Assembly: GCA_013239625.1 (NCBI GenBank)
Contig: MU053934.1
Span: 1,667,031 to 1,731,030, forward strand
Reading direction: 5' to 3'
Length of the DNA stretch: 64,000 bases
Source: Lama guanicoe
Taxonomy: Eukaryota
The notes under the pieces are model-generated. The model saw nothing but the letters and a program-made list of their open reading frames with translations. It was not told the DNA's origin and searched no databases. This document shows positions 47,611-60,600 of the stretch, piece by piece. Positions within the stretch are counted from its first letter, which is position 1. Each line of letters begins with the position of its first letter. Both the position numbers and the translations under genes were made by a program.

Positions 47611-49141
47611 AGAATGGTTTATTGACTTTCAGAGTCCTGGGCACTATTCGTCACTTCACTTTTACGAAATACCTACACGAGAACCTGTTTCGGTAAGTGA
47701 AAGAAATCTGGAGAGGATTTTTGCTTTCATGAAAAAAGGCAAAAGTGAAAGTTCCCTTCAGCGTTTGTTTTGCAGGGAGCCGCAAGAGATGCTCCGCCCA
47801 CCCCCAGGCAGCAAGAGTGGCCCCATCAAGCTCTTTCCCCGGGATCTATGCTCAGCATCTCAGCATCAAGCTCTGAACCACCATAGCTTTGAATTCTGCC
47901 TGTGAGCATCTGTGCTTAATCTCCATGTATTCTGGGCAGTGTCTGTTAGCAAGATGTGTCCTGCGGTAACTGGTTCTTCAGTTTATGTCATTTCAGCTTA
48001 CAAAGGCCTCATTGGAACTCTCTGCTTTCAGATAGCGAGGGGGCACCTGTGACTTCTCAGTGCAGTGACCAACACTCAGGACGTGGCTGACAAATGCTAT
48101 TGCAGCTCGCCCCGAAGCACTGGGGCATGTGGTTCCTTCTGAAGGACAGGTGCTCCCAGGCAACACATGGTTAGAGTTGAGATCAAGGAACAAGGTGGGC
48201 TCGGGCGAGGACAAGATCCCTGTGGGCTGAGAAGACTTCCTGGGGGAGGGAGATGTAATTAGGGAGGATTTGAACCAGGGAACATGGGGAAGAAATTTCA
48301 GACAAGAGGGCCACGTGAGCAAAGGCTGGGAGGTGGCGCTGCACTTTTGGTGCTGCACCCTTCTGACGCAGCTGAGTCCACAGGCAGGGGGCAGAGCAGC
48401 TGGCCTGGCTGGGCCAGAGGGTTCTTGTAGGGGCGGGTGAGTGATCAGAGTAGAATGGAGGGATGTGGAAGGCTCCCTGACAGGCTGAGTTGTTCAGACG
48501 TCAATGTTATTATTATTAATAATAACAAAGCAGTAAGAATGAACATCACTTGATGCACTCCGAGGCACCCAGCACTGCAGCACGGGGGCTGGATTCTCTG
48601 ACTTCTCCCATTTTCCAGATGAATACACTCAGGCTCAAAGAGAGCAAAGACCACACTTCAAATCAGTGCCAAGGTCTGGACTGATTCTCAGGTCCAGCTG
48701 ATCTCAATCCAGACCCTTGGCTGTAATGAGAGCCAGCATTCTCCTGGGGTACCCGGCAGCCTCTGAGTATTGACAGCGGTCTCTTTTTATGGACAGTCCT
48801 CTCCCAGGATGGGGGGTGTGAAGGACAGTTTTGTCCTCTCTCCCTCCCCCTCTTTTTCTCTCCCCAACTCCCTCTGCACAAGGTCAAAACCAACTGAAGG
48901 CTCCCTCAGGCTGTCCTCAGCCCCTCGTTGGGTCTGTCATTCATGGAGTCAAGTTTAATAGTCTTTGTGGGTCCACGTGTCCCAGAGCCCTCCCCCCAGC
49001 TTTCCTTGTCTGGACAAGACCAAGCAAGGTGGAGATGGTGGGGGCAGGGGAGGGAGGAGAGGCTCTTTTCCAACAAGAGAGGGGACTGCACCTCCCCAAC
49101 CCTGCTTTGGCATTTTCTGTACCGGGAATGAGAAACCCAGT

Positions 49142-49155
49142 GTTGCTATGGAAAC
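49142..49155. promoter_or_regulatory. RFX X-box-like motif
   Basis: GTTGCTATGGAAAC. Confidence 0.35.
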
Positions 49156-51034
49156 TGCCATCCCCTGCTCCCTCTGTCATTGTCTGTGGGCAGTTTCTGT
49201 GTGTAAGGTGGATGTGCAGGAGCACCCCTGCTGCACAGGGTGCTGGAATGCAGGAGGAGCATCTCTGCGCGTGGGGACGCAGGGGTGGATGGGAGCTGGG
49301 AAGGGGGCCCCCCCTTGGCCTGGCTCCTTTAAGGGGCAGCACAAGGGGCAGCCGTGGAGCTCAGGCTGCTTCTCTAGAGCGATCCTGGTAATGGTCATTC
49401 ACACTCGAAAGGCAAAGAGTTTGCAAAGTGCAGTCGGATGGGCTGTTTGGAAAGAGCTTGGGCCCTGCAGTGACTGAGACTTGAGCTTAAATACCAGCAT
49501 TGCTGGCTTCCCCAGCTTCCGTTTCTCTACATCTGGAAGATGTGCAACCTCGTAAGTGGTCCATGGACCATGACTGTGCCCCTGCCCCCTGCCTGGCGGC
49601 TGACTACTTCAGAGACAGCATCCAGTTAAGGGGGAGGGGGTCCCTTCTCTTCCCTTCCCCATCTCACCCAATCTCCCTCAAGTAAGCAGTAGGAGCCCCA
49701 CTTTACAGATGAGGAGACTGAGGCCCAGCCAGGGGAAAGGAGGGCTCATTGTCCACAGAGTCAGGGCAGGGCCAGGGACTGAACCTGGAGACTTGAACTC
49801 TCCCCACTTCCTGGCAGCCCCTCTCGCTCTTGGCGCTGCTGCCTTAATTTCCAGACACGTGACCCGCAGGACTCCCCACCAGCCATGTGCTGAGCCCCCA
49901 TGCCTCTTGATACTGTCATGGGGGGCGGGGGAGGGAGACCAGGCCTGCAGCAGAAACACCTCTCTCTTGACTTTTAATATTAAAATAGAATAAAGTGCTG
50001 TGCCTTCTCTGTGGGAAACGAAAAATGGGGGTGGGGAGAAAACCCTCCAGGCCCCAACCTTGACACCCCCTGCCAGCACACCTCTCCACTCCCAGAAAAG
50101 AAATTGTTCCTTCCAGGTGATTTGTTAGCTCTTTCTGGGGCAGGAGAAGGTGGAAAACTAATTTTAACTTCTCAGGGTTTTTTTTTTTTTTTTTTTTTAG
50201 GGGTAGAGCATCATGTTTCCCGTAAGTCCACTGAGTTGGGGGAAAAATTGAAGCAAGCAGTTATTTTGCTTCCACTGGCCAGGTCCGACAAATCCCAGTA
50301 GGTGGGGATGCCCAGAATGTCAAGGTCCTGCTGACGCTCCCCTTCCCCAGAAAAGCTCCTGCTCCTCCCTCCCCCAAATCCAGGGAGAGTGTCACCCTGA
50401 GAGTTAGAAGGCTGATGCCAGATGTGTGGATCCGTGAAACCTGGACTTGCTGTGTGGCCTTGGGCAAGTTACTTCCCCTCTCTGTGCCTCTGTGACCTCA
50501 TTGTTCACAAGGGAATAATAATTGCTGTCTCGCCCACTTCCCAGGGTGGCTGTGAAGGCTCACGGCAGTGCTGGGCTGATTTCTTCACCCCAGCATTTAG
50601 AGGGACGTAGCGAAACTGGAGAGGCTCCCACAGGAGTTATCACCATGGGACTGGGACCCCCTAGTTCATCTGCTGGAGGACAGAGAGATCCGGCTCTGTG
50701 TTGTACTCAGTCCAGTGCCTGGCACACAGAGGGTCTTTAATACATATTTATGAATGATGAATCAATAAGAGTTCCCACTGGGAACGGTGACAAAGGTTAG
50801 CCTGGAGAAGAGGTTCATGGGAAATTGGCTAATCAACTTCCAAGCAGCAGAATGGGTGTGATGAGCCATGGAGAAGAGATGCTTAGAGTCAGGTCCTGGG
50901 GACAAGTGAGTAGACACTATAAGAGGAAAGATTACAATTCCATACGAGGCCCTTGGGGAAGTGAGCTTGCATGAAGCAGTGTGTCTGGGTATGGCCGAGA
51001 AACAGCTGAGTTTTATGAAGTCCTTGCTGAGAGG

Positions 51035-51305
51035 CTGTAAAGGTTAAGAGTGAGGACCCAGTGTCTGGAGCCAGACAGCCTGGGTTTGAATCTTGGCTCT
51101 ACCACTAACCAGCTGTGTGAGTTCCTTCCCGTCTCTGGGTCTCAGTTTCCTCATCTGTAAACTAGAGATGATAACGCTATCTAACTGACGAGTAGCCGTG
51201 AGGATTACGGCACGTGCATACACATACACACATGTATCGATCCCAGAAGAGAGCCTTGCAAATAGTGTTCAGTAAGTGCTGTGTGAGTGTTGGCCAGTAT
51301 CATTA
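51035..51305 (+). mobile_element. Near full-length MIR
   Basis: GGTTAAGAG...TCTGGAGCCAGACAGCCTGGGTTTGAATC...CTCAGTTTCCTCATCTGTAAA. Confidence 0.9.
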
Positions 51306-51334
51306 CTTTCCCTTAGTCCTGAGCTACTTGGTTT

Positions 51335-51481
51335 CATTTATTTATTTTTTTAATATAGTTTTGAATTTTTTATTATTTATTTATTTTTAACTTTTCCCCT
51401 TAATGGAGGTACTGGGGATTGAACCCAGGACTTTGCACACACCAAGCACACGCTCTACTACTAACCTATCCCCCCAACCCC
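51335..51481 (-). mobile_element. Vic-1-type camelid SINE
   Basis: TGGAGGTACTGGGGATTGAACCCAGG body with long T-rich tail; TSD CTACTTGGTTT at 51324-51334 and 51482-51492. Confidence 0.9.
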
Positions 51482-52269
51482 CTACTTGGTTTTGTTTATT
51501 CTTCACAATGATCCTATGAGAGGTGCTGTTATCATCCCCCTTTTCCAGATGGGCAAACTGAGGCTCATGAAGGTTCAGCACTGTGTCTGAGGTCACCTAT
51601 CTTGAAAGTGGCAGCACCAGAACTTGAGCCCAGCTCTGCCCACCCAGAAGCCTGCACTCCTAAAATCTGCAGTGCTTCTCTCATCCCCTGACCTACCTGA
51701 GGGGGACCCCGCCAAGCCCCCATTTCCCAGCCCAGGAGACAGACGCCCAGAAAGAACAAGGTCATGGCTCAAAGTCATCCAGAGGCGGAGCTCAGGTTTG
51801 GCTCCAAAACCCCTAGGCTCGCTTTCCACTGCGCACACTTTCTAACCACGGAGCTGGCTGAGGTCAGAATGGGCTGCTTAGAGGGGAGCCAGTGGCTGCC
51901 TGTTGCCGGGTCCAGGCCAGCACAGGGGGACAGGCCGTTGGGGAGTATGCTGAGATTCAAGATGGTAGATCTGCTCCCTCACAGCCCTAAGGTTGGATGA
52001 TCGCATGAGAGGATGGACGTCGAAGCTCTCCAGAAGGTGACAGTGGGACACATGTGACAGAGGTGAGAAAGCCTATAAACACTGCTCTCGCTGTTACTGC
52101 CAGCCGGGACGGAAGAGCCCAGATTCCCATCGATGGGAGAGCGGGATGCCCCATAGACAGTCCAGATCATTTCTCCTCTCCCCTCCCCTTGTCTCCTTCT
52201 GTGTCTGTCTGTGTTTTTGTCCTCCCCTCCCCCTGTCCGTCTGTCTCCCATCCTCCTCCCCTCCTTCTT

Positions 52270-52720
52270 GAGAAAATGAATCATGCCCCCCTCGCCAGCA
52301 GCGCTCAGCCAAGATGAGTAATTAATCCTCCATCTTTCTTATCTGGTTCTCTCAGATTTTGTTACTTTTGGCCGAAGCATATTCAAAGACATGTGATATC
52401 CAGCGTAAGCTCCAGAGTTTAACTGAGTTTCTCTGCATGAAAATGTGTAACATTCTAAAGGTCATCTTAGAAAAGGAATGACTGGATCCGTGCAAAGCCA
52501 CATCAGCACGATTGCCTTGTCAACGTAAGAAACTGGGGCAAAAATAGATAATCTAAGAGTTATTTACTCATCGTGGTCAGGCATAAGCTATTTATCTTTT
52601 CTGGAATTGAGTTAAAACTGCTCCCAAGGATCCTGGAAGCAATTTCAGACAAGGATTTCAGACAAGGATCCTGATATAAAGGAGGGAATAAAAGATAATA
52701 ATAGGAAGTCGTGCTGGCTT
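52270..52720. promoter_or_regulatory. Candidate conserved non-coding element
   Basis: AT-rich repeat-free block with GTAATTAAT, several GATA cores (CTTATCT, AGATAA) and AAAGGTCA. Confidence 0.4.
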
Positions 52721-52959
52721 CAGGGTTTCTTCAATAGAGATTCGATGAACTGGAGGAGTCTGGAGATACCCGGCTTTCATCGAGATGCATAATACATCTA
52801 TTCTTTCTTTCTCTCTTCCTTTCATTCACTCAGGATCGCAGGTTTATTCTAGGCCCCGGGCATACAAAGGAGGTGGAGAGAGATGCTGCTGGAGAACAGG
52901 GACCTGTCCCTGCCCTTGTGGAACTCTGGTCCTGGGGAGGACAGGCTGAATAAACTGGA

Positions 52960-53034
52960 AGTTAAGATGAAGTGTACAGAATACTATGACGAGGACGAGT
53001 TAAGATGAAGTGTACAGAATACTATGACGAGGAC
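52960..53034 (+). repeat. Tandem duplication, 38-bp period (37 bp identical), within an L2 remnant
   Basis: AGTTAAGATGAAGTGTACAGAATACTATGACGAGGAC at 52960-52996 and 52998-53034. Confidence 0.95.
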
Positions 53035-53189
53035 CATGGGGGCTGGTGGAGGGGCCCGTGAGCTGGCCCTGGGTGAGGCACTGCCCCACACAGGCTTAGA
53101 GTCAAGAGTGACTGATGGCACGTGGAGCTCAGCTGACTAAACCCAGCCTTGTGGGTGTGACCCTTGGAATGGCCCGGGAACAGAATGGG

Positions 53190-53306
53190 TTTTATTTTTT
53201 ATTTATTGATTTGTTTATTTATTTTTAAATGGAAGGACCGGGGATTGAACCCAGGACTCTGCGCACGCCGAGCATGAGCTCTACCACTGAGCTACGTTCC
53301 GCACCC
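53190..53306 (-). mobile_element. Vic-1-type camelid SINE (diverged)
   Basis: GGGGATTGAACCCAGGAC...CTCTACCACTGAGCTA plus T-rich tail. Confidence 0.88.
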
Positions 53307-54799
53307 CAGGCGGGCTTTAGAGATGGGAAGGGAGACCCCTGGCGGAGTGGATGGCACCAGCCAAGCCAAGGAGGTGGCCACATGCAGAGCGTTTTAAGAG
53401 GCTGTAAGAATGCTGGGGGAATTCTAGCGGAAGTTCATTTAGGAGACTAGCAGGAGAAGGGGTTGGTAAGGGTGTGGGGGGCCTCCTGAGGGTGGTAGAG
53501 AGCCTTGGGGGGCTTCTGAGCCAGGAAGCAGCATGGGCGGAGGGGCAGCCTGCCTGGCTTCTCGCAGATCAGTGCAAAGGCTGGTTCCAGCTTGGGAAAC
53601 TTAAACCTGACCAGGTGGAAGGCTTGCCCCTGCTCGCCATCTGTTGAAGAACAGTCACATCGGTGCCACCTGGCTTCCCGGGGGAGACAGCATCTGGGAG
53701 GCAGAGAGCGCTCCTCTGGGGGAAGATGCTTGATTGGGTCCCATCATGATTTATTCAGCAGCAACAGACACCTGCAGCCTGGGGCCAGCGCTGGCCTTGG
53801 TCGTTCTGCAGGACTGGCTCTGGATGCTCGTATCTGTCTCTTTGGATAACCAGGGCATGGGGGGTGGGAGACAGAGGCCAGCCCAGAGGGAGCAGCTTCC
53901 TCCTTATTCAGCTGGTAGGTGGGGATCGGGGTGGAGGGGGGAAGAGGCTGTGTCCAGCTCCCCTGGTGGTGAGCACTGCCTGCAGGTAGGGGGTGCCGCT
54001 GCCAGGGTCCTCCTTCCGGTACGGTCCCCAGGAGTTCTTCTAGGCTGTCCACGAGAGTCACCATTCCTAGTAATCCCAAACGGGACTCACCGCTGTCGAC
54101 ACCCTGCAGACCCCGCTCACGTCGTATGAGTGTGCCCGAGCCCACACATGTGTGCATACATGTGCACGCTGTGTGCTTGCAAACTACAGGTGAGCTGGGT
54201 TTTCACAAATCCAAACTAGCATCATGATAATGTTGACTGAGTAATGGCAAACCGTCACTAATAAAAACCAGCCAGCATTTGCACACCACACTGTACTTTT
54301 CTAGAAGCTGCTTGTATCTGTATTGTCCCTGTTGGTCTCACCAGAATCCTGAGCAGTAGAGAGGGCAGGAGGTAGGTGGCCCAGAGAAAGGTCAGCCAGC
54401 TAGTTAATGACTGAACAAGGAGGGGCCAGATCTGTTCGACCTCATGTTCATGGTAGAATTTGAAGAGACGAAGGTCTTCCATTATCTGTCCTCAGAGACA
54501 TGGCTTATACTTCTGCAGGCCATCTGAGCCGTTTTTAACACCGCTAATTTAATGATCATTTTCTTTAAAAAATTGTATTCAGCTAATGGTTGACTAGTAA
54601 GGTGGAAACTCAGTAGCTGGTCAAAGTTAAGATTGTCCACCCAATGTTGCTATTAGCCCAGCTTTGAATTTTCACCCTGTACAACACAACCTAATGCTGT
54701 TTCCTGACTGTGTCCCACACTTCTGGGATGTGGGCCCCTCCCCAGCCCAGCTGGGCCACTCAGTTTCCCTAATGACAATTATCTCTTTTTTTTTTTTTA

Positions 54800-55005
54800 A
54801 ATAGACCCTAAACTAAGCACTTGGCAGGCATGATCTCAATGAATCGTGATGACAAACCTATAAAGTGGGTATGGGTGTTATTCCCAATTTGCAGATGAGG
54901 AAACTGAAGTTCAGAGAGGAGCAGTGACGTACCTAGAGTGGTGGTGCTGAGAGCCACACCCAGGCTGTCTGTCCCCAGCACCCGGGTGAGTAACCACTAA
55001 GCTTT
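54800..55005 (-). mobile_element. MIR SINE
   Basis: TTTGCAGATGAGGAAACTGAAGTTCAGAGAGG. Confidence 0.8.
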
Positions 55006-56939
55006 ATGCCCTTTACTCTAGAATCGCTGCCCCAGCAGGGCTCCTACTCCACTGCCAGGACCCCAGGTGGGAGGATCACGGACTTGGAAAGTGGCCGGGC
55101 AGGGATGGTGAGCTCTGGCTCGCAGCAGTGGCCACCCAAGTCTGGGGCAACTGGGCGATTAACCTACATTAGGCTCCCTATCATGGCTGTTCCCTCCAGC
55201 TCCTCGTCACAGTCCTTAATTATGAACTAACAGTGGTTCCCAAGTGGAGGGAGGGAGGGAGGGATGGGTGGCAGAGCGAGCTTCCAGATGGCCCTTCTGG
55301 CGAGCGTGGGCTTCATCTGGTCTTTATGTAAGAGTTGCTCCGCTTCCCAGATTGCCTTTGAGGCAGACGTTTAAACACTTGTTTTGTGTTTATGACACAG
55401 AGGAAGAAATTAAAAGGCCCCCAGGGGAAAATGAGGAAGGAAAAAGCCAGGAGTGATTCTGGGGGCTTGTCAGGCAAGAGGGAGAGAGAAACCAGGTCTG
55501 GGACCGGTTTCAAGATGACAGAGAGCAGGTGGCTTCCCTGGGCTTGGGCGGAGAGATCCAGGACTCCATGGTCACGAGCCGGGAGGAGCTTGCGCATCCT
55601 TCTGGTGACACAACAGAACAAGAAACTGCTGATGACTGAGGGCCTGCTATGTGCTAAGCCCTGAGCTAGTCTTTATGAACTCTCTCTAATTCTCAACGTC
55701 CCGGTTTTACAGATGGGGAAACTGAGGCTTGGGGTGGCTCAGGGACTCGGCCAAGGACAGACTGTCTGACAGCAAGACTGTTGGAAGTTTTCCCCACCTG
55801 GACCGCCTTCACCCATTCAGTCCCGCCTCCTGCAGTAACCTCCGCAGACAGCCCAGCCTCCAGGAACTTCCTGGCATCGCGGCTTTGGCGTTGGGTATCT
55901 TACTGCGCCTGAACTTCTGTTGCCCTAGAACTATTCCTAGGCTCCCGGAATCTGTTGCAAGAGGCTTTGAGATTCTCTCTAAGGCATCCCCACCTCTGCT
56001 GAACACTTGCCGAACAGGGAGTGAGCCCGTTGCACGGCTGGGCGGAGTGGGAGGCTGGGCTCTTCTCTGTTATATAATCTCCTAACGGATAGCACCAAAG
56101 CTTCTCTTTCCTTGTCTGCACACTTCGGGGCGAGCACAGCTTCAGAGTTGGCAGGAGCACCGCATGGGAGATCGCAAGGGTGTACAGTCAACATCTCTTC
56201 TTGCAGATGAAACTGAGGTCTGGAATGTAGGCAGTGTGCCCAAGGTCACACAGCAAATTGGGAACTGAGCTGGAACTAGACTCAGGCCCGATTCCTAGCC
56301 CAGCAGCCCCCTTCCTTGGTCTAGCCTCGGATCTTGCTCCTCTGGGCAGATTTAGATGCTCCCTCTTCAGTGCTCCCAGGCAATGTGCATGGACCTCCAC
56401 GCAAGCTCTAGTATCACTACCTGTTTTGGGGTCTGTTTTTACAGTGAACTCAGGCATTTGGAGAGCAGGGGCTGCCTGCAAGGGGTCTGGCCCAGAGAGG
56501 GCGCCAGGAGATGCTGGAGAAAGGCTTGGGGAAGGGGAAGAGGGGGAGGGAGCAGGGAGGGGGATCCTCAGGGGAAGGTATGGGGCCACCACCTTGAGGA
56601 GTGGTGACAGCCTGTCATCAGGGTAGAGTCAAAAGGGACTCTTTCCTGGCCATCTTTGAGCAGGAAGTTGTCTGAATGTGGCTTTGTGATAATCATGGCA
56701 ATACTCAGAGCCCACAGATAAAATCTGCTTTATATGATCCCAAGTGCTTGTTGCATTTGATCCGCACGAACAGGTAGGCAAGGAATCATATTATCCCAAT
56801 TTTGTAGGGGAGGAAACTGACATTCAACAAGGCCCCACTATCAGCCAGAGACAGAGTGTGACTGAGAGCAGCTTGAACTCACACCTCCTGGTGTGCAGCC
56901 CAAAGTTGCTTCTGCCTGGACATATCCTATTCACCATTC

Positions 56940-57425
56940 ATTTATTCTTCCCTTCACTTCTTAACTTACCCATTCCCACTCTCAGGAGCTTGCTTGCTTC
57001 CCTGTGGATGCACCATGCACATGCCTGCCTCAGAGCATCTGTACTTGATGTTCCCTCTGCCTGGGATGCTCTTCCCGCAGAGGGTCACCTGGCTGGCCCC
57101 CTTGCCTCATTCTGCAGAAACACACCTTCCTGAACTCCTGTCCACAGTAGAGCCTCATCACTCTCTGTCACATGCCTGCCCCATGTCCTCTGTCTTCAAA
57201 GTACTAATTACTCACTGACTTTTTTTTATTGTATTATATATTTACTATATTACAGTTACTATATTTATCCTATGTTATAGCGATTGACTATCCCCTCTTC
57301 GTTCTACAACATCAGCTCATTGGGACCAGAATTTTGCCTGTTTGGTTCTCCATTCTGTCTCTAGCAGGTAGATCAGTGCCTGGCATGTAGCAGATGCTTA
57401 AATATATTTGTATTTACTGACTAGA
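56940..57425 (+). mobile_element. L2 3' region
   Basis: TGTTCCCTCTGCCTGGGATGCTCTTCC...CAGTGCCTGGCATGTAGCAGATGCTTAAATATATTTG. Confidence 0.8.
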
Positions 57426-57588
57426 TGAGCACCTATTATGTGCCATACCCTGCTCTGGATACTGAGAACACACACATGCTTAATATCTCCTGCTCTTTAG
57501 GGTGCTCACAGTAGAGAGACAAAAGTGGGGTCACCAGGGTGGAATGGCAGGCCCAAGTGGGCTTCCATGTAATGGTTCTCTTAGCCTT

Positions 57589-58032
57589 TGTGGCGGAGCC
57601 TACTGGATGACTCCCCAATATCAGTTCTCTTCTTTTCCCTTACAGAATCCCAAATTTAGCAGGATACAAGGTCATTCAGAATAAAGGACATCATTTCCAG
57701 CCTTCGTTGTAGCCTGGCATAGCCATATGACTCAATTCTGGCCAATTTTCAGATACCCTTAGAGAAAAGGAGCATGCCCTTCTTCACCCTGTCTTCTGCT
57801 TATTAGATTGTGAAGTGATGGCTAGCCTTGAGCAGCCATTTTAGACCATGAGGATGAGATGGAGCCCAGGGATGGTGGAAGAGAAAGCTAGGAGCAGCCT
57901 GGATATCTGGCCCTGTAAAACATCAGCCCTCTCACCTCCAGAATTCACTGACTTAAACAAGAAACAAACTCTCTGGTTTAATCCACTTTTCTTTTGGGTT
58001 TTCTATGGCTTACAGTTGAATACTCTTAATGC
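57589..58032 (+). mobile_element. MaLR solo LTR (MLT1I/J-like)
   Basis: TGTGGCGGAG...CATATGACTCAATTCTGGCCAAT...GCAGCCATTTTAGACCATGAGG...GTTTAATCCACT. Confidence 0.8.
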
Positions 58033-58466
58033 AGCCTTGGATGAAAGGGGGAGAAAGTAGGAGAAAGTGGCTAGAAGACATTTTCCCACACAGAGTGAGA
58101 TGGCCCCATGGCCCAGCAAAGAGGCAGAAGTTGTAGCTGTAAGGTATGTGGATTGAGGCTGTGGAATGGGACAGGACTTGCTGGCCTCGCAGGTAAATGG
58201 ACTATGGTAGCAGTCACTGGATCTCCACACATTTACCTTTTCATTCATTTACTCCATATCCCACCATTCTCTCGGGAGGTGCAGTCACTCATCTATTCAC
58301 CCAATAGAACCTCCATGAGGCAGATACCCCCAGGCTGGGGTGTGAGTTTGAGCCAGGCAGAGAAGCACTTTGTAACTGAAACGTCTCCTGTGGACGAGGA
58401 GCAGACCCACCTCTGAGCTCCAGGGCTTGGCATTCATTGTGGCATCTCTGAGAAGTGGTCACATTC

Positions 58467-58561
58467 TGTTTTTTGGTATTTTTAATGGAGGTACTGGGGA
58501 TTGAACCCAGGACCTCGTGCACACTAAGCATATGCTCTACCACTGAGCTATACCCTCCCCC
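58467..58561 (-). mobile_element. Vic-1-type camelid SINE, well preserved, perfect 10-bp TSD
   Basis: Reverse complement GAGGGTATAGCTCAGTGGTAGAGCATATGCTTAGTGTGCACGAGGTCCTGGGTTCAATCCCCAGTACCTCCA; TSD GGTCACATTC at 58457-58466 and 58562-58571. Confidence 0.93.
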
Positions 58562-59167
58562 GGTCACATTCAAGATTGCAGGAGCATGTGGTTCCTGGGG
58601 GAAGGGCACAGGGCCCTCCTTTTCCCCCTCATTCTTCCTGTGGCCAGGCAGGGTGTTCTCTCACTCCCTCCCCTAAAAGAGAGCAGGGAGAAAGATTTTT
58701 TAAGCACGCCAACACCCTCATTATGTCATGAAAGTTGGCTGGTATTAGCAAGACAAGGGTTTCATGTGTCTCGTAGCCTCTGAAGAATCTGCAAGACGTA
58801 AAGCCTGTGCTTAGAACACAAGGCTAAGAATATTCTAGAAGACACTCAGGAACTCATAGTTCTTGTACATCTTTTCCAAAATTGCGCCAGGATCCCAGGG
58901 GAGGGTGGGGTTAAAAAGATCACAGGACTTGGTGGGGTGGGGTGAGCAGGAAGAAGGAATCGAGAAGCAGCAGGGACACTCAAACTGTCTTCTGAGGCGT
59001 CCTTGATCTGAAACAAAAAGTGACTTGGTGAGAAAAATTAGTACTCAGTGGATGTTCATGCTTGGCTCAGAAGAACCTGGGTTTTCTTTCTGGTATTGGA
59101 TGAGCCTGTGCATCCCTGCAGACACTGTGGTCAAAACTGAGGGTTATAAGACAAAAAACAAACGGAT

Positions 59168-59672
59168 CTATTTCTGTTGTCTTTTGTTATATAACAAACC
59201 TTCCCAAAACTTGGTGGCTTAAGATAAAAATGGTTTTACAATTCCTCATGCTCTCTGGTGGTCCGGACGGGGCTCCTACTCCACGTGGACTAGACCAGAG
59301 GAGTGCCAGGGGCCAGCCAAGGGACGAGATAGACCGGACACACGTGCAGCTGCATTCTGCTTGGGGCTGGAAGGTTCTAGAAGGGCTGGTCACCTGGACA
59401 CTCAGCCTCCACATGGCCTTTGTCACCATCTGGTCTCCCAGTCCTCTAGGACAGCCTGGATTTCCTTACGACATGGTGGCTGGATTCTGAGAGAGTGAAA
59501 GCAGAAACTTCCAGGCCTCTCGAGGCCAAGCCCTGGACGTGGCACAGAGTCACTTGTGCCACATTCTGACTTTCAAAGCAGGTCACACTGGCACGCAGTC
59601 CCCTCGACTCCAGTAGGGTGGAAATCAACACCTCTTGCAGGGAGGGATCGTAGGTGGCCCTATTTGCAGACA
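59168..59672 (-). mobile_element. MaLR solo LTR (MLT1G/H-like)
   Basis: ATAACAAACCTTCCCAAAACTTGGTGGCTTAA...ACATGGTGGCTGGATTCTGAGAG...GCACAGAGTCACTTGTGCCACATTCT. Confidence 0.8.
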
Positions 59673-60229
59673 AATGTCCTCAAGAACTTGATAGGGATCA
59701 TGGCATTCAGATGAAAAAAATGTGATTCACACAAATCTGGCTTATGCACAACTTTAGGGAACCTTGTTTAGAGTGTAGAGCGAGGCTCACTGTCTCTCTG
59801 TGTAGGGCTGGAGCTGGGATTCTGCACAGCTGGTTCGGCCTGTCTTCCACTACTCTGCTTTCCTCTTTTTCAAACAACCCCAGCGGCTGGAGATCGCAAA
59901 AAGGAAAGAGAAATATACCAAAGCCACTGTCATTAGCATCCTGGAACATCAGATTCTATTTCTGGCAGATCCGAGGTAGCTGGCAAACCTCTACCCCCTG
60001 CTTCCCCGCTCAGTACTCGGAGGTAATGAGCGCACTGTATTATGTGGCATTAGCAGAAGTGCCGGGTGCCGACCAGGAGCGGAAATAGACTCCCTGCAAT
60101 CTCTGCACCTGGGGCTTGGGGTTCGGCTCTGGCTCAGGGGAAGGCAATTCACACTGATTGAGTGCCTACTGTGTGCCAAGTGCTGCTCAGTGTGTCTGGT
60201 CCCTGCTTTCATTTTGAGCCTCCTCTTGT

Positions 60230-60600
60230 ACTATTTTGCAGCCAATCTGGGTGTATTTCTGTTCTTTGAATGAGCCACTCTTTCTCCTCCAGGCCTTAGC
60301 ATGTCCTGTTCCCTCTGCTTGAAACACTTTTCCTCTGATAAACTCCAAGGCATTCCTCAAATCTCAGGCTCTCTCCCTTCTCTGCTAGACTGTAGGCTCT
60401 AGTCCAGTGTTTTGTGTTTGTTGAATGACTGGATGATGGAATGAATGAGCCCTCCCAATAGCCCATTTGACAGATGAGGCAACTGAGGTAGTTGCCATCA
60501 AGCAGAGAACTAGCTTGTCCAAGGTCAAGATAAGGTGAGAGGCAGAGCCAGGATTTGAATGCAAGATTGTTTGGTGGCTAAGACTGTGTCCTTCCTACCA
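60230..60600. mobile_element. L2 3' end (+) followed by a MIR (-)
   Basis: TGTTCCCTCTGCTTGAAACAC...TTTGTTGAATGACTGG; CAGATGAGGCAACTGAGG...CCAAGGTCA. Confidence 0.7.

Noticed and set aside
52960..53034. Direct repeats of CRISPR-like length
   Set aside because: Only two adjacent copies, no spacers, no cas genes, and the DNA is mammalian.
58486..58557. Apparent tRNA-Ala gene (and the four similar copies)
   Set aside because: A-rich tail, target-site duplication and a mutated anticodon arm mark it as a SINE, not a functional tRNA.
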